From Lama glama (lineage: Eukaryota): a DNA stretch of 64,000 nt. Positions within the stretch are counted from its first letter, which is position 1. Every line of letters begins with the position of its first letter. The DNA is taken from contig CM052832.1 of assembly GCA_028534125.1 (NCBI GenBank), positions 16,680,001 to 16,744,000 of the forward strand, written 5' to 3'. Made by a program: the position numbers and the translations under genes. The notes under the pieces were generated by a model, which saw nothing but the letters and a program-made list of their open reading frames with translations, was not told the DNA's origin and searched no databases. Positions 57,058 through 64,000 of this stretch are shown one piece after another.

Positions 57058-57872
57058 ATTACCTGCCTAGTGCAGGGGATTAAAATAGCATTGAGCTAGA
57101 TCCATATATTAGTGTAAAAATCTGTGTCTCTCCCCCCAAAAATGTACAAACCCCAAGTGATTATAGAAAAACCAATGTGGCAGCTACGATAGAGATGTCC
57201 AACCCCAGGGCCACAGGCCATTCCTCTCTTTCCCTCTAATCCCAATATTTATTCCACAGAAACATACAGGCTTAGAGCAGTTCTAGCTATAGCACGGCAG
57301 GTGGGAAGTGGGGAGGCTGGGGGTGGGGCAGGGATCACCCCCACGTCCAGTGTTTCAGAGGATGGAGGGAGAGGCCAAAGCTGAAGGCAATTCCAGGATG
57401 AGGCACAAGGGAACCTCTTTCTCCCTTTCTTGTCCTCCTCACTCCCCACATTCTCAGCCAGCAGGGTCCAGTGTGTGACGGAGAGAGAGCGGCTGGAGGC
57501 CACAGCCTTCTCTCCAGGAACCAGTGTTGTCCAGGGGGGCCCAGGTGCTCCAGTGGGTCAGGTCCAGTGTCTGCCCTGTATTTGCCCCCACCCTCCCACA
57601 AGGGACAGTGAGAGGAGGTCAGAGAGGAGCCCATCCACAGGGCCAGCTGGGTGGGCGGCAGGAGAGGAGCAGGAAGGGGGCACAAGAGCGTGTCCGGGGA
57701 AGGGAGGGCGGCAGCTCCCTGGCAGGCCCAGCCCACCTGCAGCCACACTGCCTCTCTCAGAAGTGACGGGTGGTCAGGAGGGAATGGAGTGTGGTGCCAT
57801 TAGCTCCTCTTGTTTAGTGCTGTTGGCCTCCCCTGAATCCTCCCTGAGGGAGGGATGGCTAGGTGTCGTGAT

Positions 57873-60800
57873 TCACACTGTGTTGAGCGCATCTTCTGCC
57901 AGGAACCGATGCAGCTGGGAAAAGGGTGGTCGCTGCTCAGCCTCCCGGCTCCAGCACCGAAGCATCAGCTCATACAGGCCCAGTGGGCAGGCTGGGGGCC
58001 GGGACAGGTACACCTACATTGTGGCAGTGTGGACGAAAGGCAGGAAACAAATGTTCTTCAGTCCCCAAAATGACATTGTGGCCATCCTGAACCCCCCAGC
58101 CCCATGTTCCCTCCCCTCTGCTCTGACCTGCCGGCCCTGGTCCCGGAAGAACTCTCCTGCGTTCTCGATGACTTGCTCATCGGTGAGCTGCCCAAAGGGC
58201 TGGGCCCTGCAGAGCATCAGCACCTCCCACAGGGTCACCCCGAAGGCCCACACATCACTTGCGGTCGTGAACTTCCCCTGGTGCATGGATAAGGCAACAG
58301 AGGCCAAGAAAGACATAAGGCAACAGAGACCCTCCTCCACTCCCCACCGGGGCCCCACATTCACTCAGCATCACCTCCACCCACAGCCCCCTGACTCCCT
58401 CCCAACCCCTGGGGCTCCACCCTCCTTAGCTGGCCCTCTTTCCCACTAAGCCTGTTCCTCTCCTCCGCTCTGCCTCCTTTTAGTCCTCTCCCTTACATCT
58501 TCCAGTTTCTACCCATCCTTCCCCCCTTTTTCTGGTCCTGACTCTCCCAGCTCATCGCCTTCTATCTCTAGCCTCCTTATCTCTCTTGTTTTCTGCTACC
58601 CTGACTCCATTTCTCATACCCACTCCTGGCTCCTGGACCCTCTCCCATCACACCATACCTCCCTGTTTTCTCCAGTCCCTGAGCCAGAGGGAACCTCATA
58701 GAGCACTGGTCCAAACCCTCCCTTTATAGGTGAGGAAACTGCAGTCCAGGGAATCAAGTGACTGAACGAGATCCCAGAGCTTCAAGTGGCAGCCAGTGTT
58801 CCCGACCTCCCCTCTCTGCCCGCCTCTCGGAGCCTCTCACCATGAGGATGCACTCCCAGGCCATCCACCGGATGGGCAGCACCGCCCGGCCTTGCACACG
58901 GTAATAGTCCCCGGCATAGAGGTTCCGGCTCATGCCAAAGTCGGCGATTTTGATGGTGAAGTTTTCCCCAACCAGGCAGTTCCTCGTAGCCAGGTCCCGA
59001 TGCACAAAATTGAGTGTGGCCAGATAGCGCATGCCCGAGGCAATCTGGGCTGCCACATGCAGCAACATCGGGTAGCTGAGTACAAGAGCCAACAACAGAG
59101 GGTTACAGGGGTCATCCCCACATCACAGATTTCCCAGGAGACGAAGGGGCACCCTTTCCGCAGGACTGGGTTACCCCTCCTCCTGTGCAGAGATGGAAAG
59201 CCCAGGTGGAGGCCCTTGGGAAGGTGCCCACTCAACCTTTCTTGAGCTCATCCAACAGCAGGGAGTTAACTGATTTCATTATGCTCCCCAACCTGGCCTC
59301 GGGCAGAGAGGGTGAGAGGGCACAGGGAACTTCCTGACAAAGTCCACATCCCTCCACCACCCTCACTGTCGTCATCTCTGGCCTTTCTGCCCCTCGGGTT
59401 CTGGATGAACACAGCCACCTGTCTCACCCCAGGCCTCCTCCTGGAACCTCTACCTGCCTGCCCACCCCATGCTCCCCCCTTTCCCTCTAAGCTGGAGTGA
59501 GGGGAAAGCAGGAGACCCCCTTGGGGAACTCTCAAGGAAGGGTCAGCCTAGACAAGTGGGTACCTGATGGTGGGCCCCTGGGCAGCCTCCCCAGCCCCAG
59601 CCCCCTCTGCCGCCTTGTCCTCTAGCTGGTGGGCGCTGAGGAACTGGTTGAGGTCGCCGTTCTCCATGTAGTCTGTGATCATGCAGAGGGGGTCGTCCTG
59701 CACACACACGCCCAGGAGCCGGATGATGTTTGGGTCCTTTAGCCTGGACATGATCTTCACCTCCTTCAGGAAATCATTCCTGAAGAAGCAGGGAGAAGGT
59801 GGCAGGGAGCCAAGGGGCTGACCTGCACCATCCCCCCCAGCTCCTGTGGTCCAGTGCCCCACCCTGCATGGGCACCAACCCTCTAGTCCCAGGACGCTCC
59901 CCCTCTGTTGGCCTCCACCAGGTTTCTCTCTGAATCGCTCCCCGCTCTTCACCGCCTCTGCTCCCTTCTTCTGGACGCCATCTCTGGTCCTCACCTGGCA
60001 TTCTTGGTGGCATCTGGCCGTAGGATCTTGACAGCTACCAGCAACGGGTGTCCCTTGCGCACATTGAGGGGGAAATCAAGACTGACCAGGTCTTGAGGGC
60101 TATCTATCTCACACAGGTGGACCTGAAGAAAGGAGGCGATGTGCCAGGGGGTCACAAGGTCCACCAAGGTGACAGGGTCACCTGGGACAAGTCATAGGTG
60201 ACAGGTTCCTGGCCAAGGGGTTGTGTGGGCACGGCATCAGAGCCCCAGACAGGCAGACACTGATGGCTGGCAGGGCCCTTCTTACCTCCCCAAACTGGCC
60301 CTCGCCAAGCTTCTCCTTGAACCGGAGCCGCGAACGAGGGAAATCCACTCTGGGGGGCCCATCCCCAGCCGCCCCTGGGGGCAGCGCAGGCACAGCATAG
60401 GTGTTGCCCCCAGTGACGCCCTGCAGGGTGACAATGTCAGCCTCGGCATAATGGGGGACGCTGTTCTGGGGAGGTGGGGGCAGAAGCGGGGCACCCGGCT
60501 TCTCAGGCTCCATATAGTCCCCACTGCAGGCTGGAGGGGTAAGGGGAAAGAAGACAGGACAAGGCATCAGGGACAGCCCCTGAGAGCCACGGTTCTCCAC
60601 ACTCGTGCCTCCCAGAAGCCCCCCCATCTCCCAGTTGGGTGAGAGACTGGGTCTACCCTCCATCCTCCTGGTATTCTACCCACCAGCCTCCAGCCAGAGA
60701 AGGCACTGCTGGATAAGAGTTAGCTGTGACAGAGCTTTAAAAGCAGTGGAAATGGCTGAGCAAAGAATGTTGTAAAGTCTTCTCTAGGGATCCCAGCACA

Positions 60801-63652
60801 ACCCAAGACTGTGGGGAGTCTCGGCTAAAAGTGGAATTCCTCTGCCCATCATCGGAAGAGGGATGGTCGCAGCCATCTAGTTACCCTCCACTTTCCGAAC
60901 CCTTGTCCCCCTCCCATTCACATAGCTGTTTGGCCCTGCCATGGCTACCCAAACCCTCCCTGACCCAACACGCCAAGCTCAAAGACAGGCACGGACAGGG
61001 GCACACAGAGACAGGGAGGGGAACACTTCCTCATGGCCCGCACAACAGGGAGTCTACAGACAGGAGAGGAAGCAGAGCTGTCCCCTCAGCAACAAAAGAA
61101 GGCAACATGGAGGAGAAGGGGAGCAGACAGGAAGGGCGGGGTGCGGGCAAGGAGAGGACACACTGGGGGAGAGGGCAGGCACCCAGGGTGAGGCCCTCCT
61201 CGAAGCTCTAGAGAGAGGGCAGGGTGAAGGAGGGGTCACCTCCTCTGGCTCTGGAGAGCTGAAGCAATGGGAGAGGAGGAGGGGGACAGAGCTGAGAACC
61301 ACGGAGCTTTCTACTCCTCAGCTCAAGGTGGGGAGGGGCAGGGCCTTAAAAAGGAGCAAGCAGCAGCAGAGGAGAGCTAAGGGCACAAGAGCTTCCTCCT
61401 TGGGAGCTCAGGAGAGCAGAAGAGGCCACAGTGGGGAGAGGAGGGAGTGCAAAGTGTGAGGACTTTTCCCTGCCCCAGTAGAGGTACAGGAGCTTGGCGG
61501 AGCCCGGGGCAGAGGGGCTTACCCTGGGTGTTGGTGGGTTTGGCCCAGGCGGGTGTGGGGGGGCCCGGGCCTCGAGAGGGGCGGGCGTAAGTGGCCAGAA
61601 GGAGGCGGTAGGCTGGATTGGAGAGCAGCAACGCTGTCGGGAGAAGGAAGGGGGGAACACGGGGAAGGGATGAGACTCAAGGCTAGACAGACAGGGAGAC
61701 CCAGAATAGGGCGAGACTAGGGCTGATGAGAACGAATGTACTAAGAGACAGAGACAGGACAGAACAAGGATCTGGAGTGCTGGATAACTGGATGGGTAGG
61801 TGATGGATGGATGGATAAAGGGAAAATGGATGGATGGATAAGACAGACAAATGGATGGATGAATATATATGGATGGATAGATGGACAAACGGATGAATGA
61901 GGAATGGATAAATGGATATATATATAGATGGATGGATGGATGAGTGGAGGGATGGATACTGGATGAGTTGATGGAGGGCAGAATGAACATGGTAGTGTAG
62001 GAGAAAGGACAGGAGCCAGGAAGACACAATGAGAGGGCACAACAGAGAAGAGAGAGGGATGTGTACGAGACACAGAGACAGAATGAGACCACTGGGGGTT
62101 ATGGGTGATATGTGGGAAATTCCCAAGGGATTATGTGGGAGGGACATAAGAGTAATATAGAAGGTGGTGACCAGGGACCAAATAAGAAAAATAAGTTGAA
62201 ACTAGGGAAGACAGGAAAAGCAGGGAACGGTAAAGGAGAGGGATACACAAGAAGACGGCAGAGAGGATGGAGGTGGCACTGGAACAAGGCAGGTCTTACC
62301 AGAGCCATTAGGGATGCTGGGAGCAGAGTGGGGCGGATTCCCACGAGGTCGGGGCTCCTGGTAAGGGGGTGGCTCTCGAGGACCTGGGCGGTTGTTGATG
62401 AGGATGGTGTCCCCAGGGACAGAGAGGTGAACCGTCAGCTCCTCTTCTAATACCCGCCGCTCAGCCTTGTCGTGGGGAATGGGAAACATTAGTGGCGGCT
62501 ACTACTTAGTGCACACTTCCCAGCTCTTTGTTAAGTGCTATACCTGTGTTCCCTTCTTCCGTCCTCACAACGTTCCTACAGTTGCATCTACTATTAATTC
62601 CACCTCACAGGTGAAGAAACAGAGGCTCAAGAGCATTTAAGTGAGTTCCAGCCATGAAATCCTACCAGTCCATAAACTTCAACACGTATCACCACCACTG
62701 GACTCCCGCCTGAAGTCATGGGCTTGGGAGGCACCAGACTTCTGGTCGCTCCTCTAGCTCTACTCGCGGCCTTTTCCCACCCAGCTATGGCCCCAAGAGG
62801 CTGACCAGTGTGGACTGCACCAATGGCCAGAGAGGAGCCCCAGCAGGAGTTTGGAGGGCAGGCAGCAAGTGAGGTCAGGGTGTCTATTCTCCCAGCCCCT
62901 CCCCGAGGGATGGACCCAGGCCAGCTGCATGACTGAACCAAAGCCCGCCGCCCCTCTCAGGCGCCGTCTCCACGCTCGTTCCTCCTGGGTTCTGGTAACA
63001 GCCACCTCCTCTCAACCCCCGGGGCCCAGGGATGGAAGCAGCTCTGCGGTGACCAGGCCTAGGGAACTGCACTGCTTCTCGAGATTTCCACACACCCCGC
63101 CCACACCTTTGTACAAGGTCTCTTTATTAATGATGATTATTATTCTGACCAGACTGTGCTCTGTGGTCCCTGCTGGGCCCTAATGAACATAGGAGTCCAA
63201 CGCACACTACTGGCCTCATCCCACGTCCGTCCCTCCCCAGGCGGCCCCACTCCTGGTGGCCCCAAGCGCCATCCCAGTCCACCCACCTTGCTGAGGAGCC
63301 TGCGCCAGTGTAGCCGCCACAGCATGAGGGCGATGATGAGCAGCAGCAGCAGGATGATAGCCACCAGGCAGCCGATGAGGATGGCAGTTGGGCTCCCCTC
63401 GGCCTTGGCCACGGGCTGCTGGCCCCTGGGCTCCAGCTCTGGCGGAGGCAGAAGGGTCAGGACCACAGAAGGCTTCCTGCCTAAGCTGAGGGGGGCCCAG
63501 AGAGAACTAGGGGCACAGGACCCACAGGCCCTGGAGGAGGCCCCAGGGTGGCTCACCCAAGCTGCTGAAGTTGGTGGGAGGTGGGCCGGGTGGCCACCAG
63601 GGGGCGGGTGGGAAGGTGCCCCCCAGAGCCAGGGAGGAGTCATTCACAACAT
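57873..63652 (-). CDS. DDR1: Discoidin domain receptor 1, last 10 coding exons (5' part outside window)
   Basis: Exons: 63557-63652, 63287-63438 (TM), 62300-62465, 61523-61633 (LLSNPAY cassette), 60286-60530 (GEGQFGE), 59995-60122, 59564-59779, 58841-59075 ([17 protein letters not shown]), 58128-58277, 57873-58013 (...AEDALNTV*). Confidence 0.97.
61790..61975. repeat. Degenerate (GGAT)n tetranucleotide repeat in a DDR1 intron
   Basis: Direct reading. Confidence 0.9.
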
Positions 63653-64000
63653 CTGGAGAAAAGAAAAAGGAGAGGTGAGGTAGGGAGGAGGTGACCCAGG
63701 GAGGCACACCTGCACAAGACCAAGGGTTGAGGAAGAGCAGCAGGGCTGATCTCAGTATATGTACCAACCAGCCAAGATGGTAGGAACAGGATCCTGGAGG
63801 GGCGTGGCTGTGCTGGATGTTTACCTTTTAGGTGCTGGATTGTGGGGAGAAGCAGGACTCCTGGGGAGAGCCCAGGGTGGGGACCCCGGGTATCAGGAAG
63901 CTTAGAGAAGAGCCTGTTTCTCAGCCAGCGCAGAATATTTCAGTATTTTAACAACCACACAGTCTTACTGTTCAATGTCAGTCATGAGTGAGGGGCTCAT

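Noticed and set aside
57430..58449. 339-aa + strand ORF
   Set aside because: Antisense to DDR1 last exons, introns and 3'UTR in GC-rich DNA; no recognisable protein features.
61346..62147. His/Pro/Ser/Ile-rich ORFs up to 248 aa
   Set aside because: Translation of the (TCCA)n repeat joined to intronic sequence.

Overview
Mammalian (eukaryotic, intron-containing) DNA from the MHC class I region, in reverse orientation relative to the human map. A Vic-1-like tRNA SINE and the L1 3' tails, with no ruminant or pig SINEs seen, point to a camelid. From right to left: 3' half of DDR1 (-), GTF2H4 (-), VARS2 (-), SFTA2 (+), then four tandem minus-strand transmembrane-mucin paralogs. These are (i) a 5-exon mucin-like gene I do not recognise (26828-29828), (ii) MUCL3/DPCR1 with a 12 x 63-bp His-rich repeat, (iii) a headless, disrupted MUC22-like copy lying upstream of MUC21, and (iv) a short MUC21 with a truncated tail. 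I traced exons by hand. All 52 coding exons of DDR1, GTF2H4 and VARS2 have canonical GT-AG junctions and consistent phases, whereas each of the five epithelial genes carries a lesion (lost acceptor, frameshift or stop), some rescuable by nearby in-frame cryptic acceptors. Most entries in the six-frame ORF track are spurious. Gene identities rest on recalled protein sequences, not database searches.
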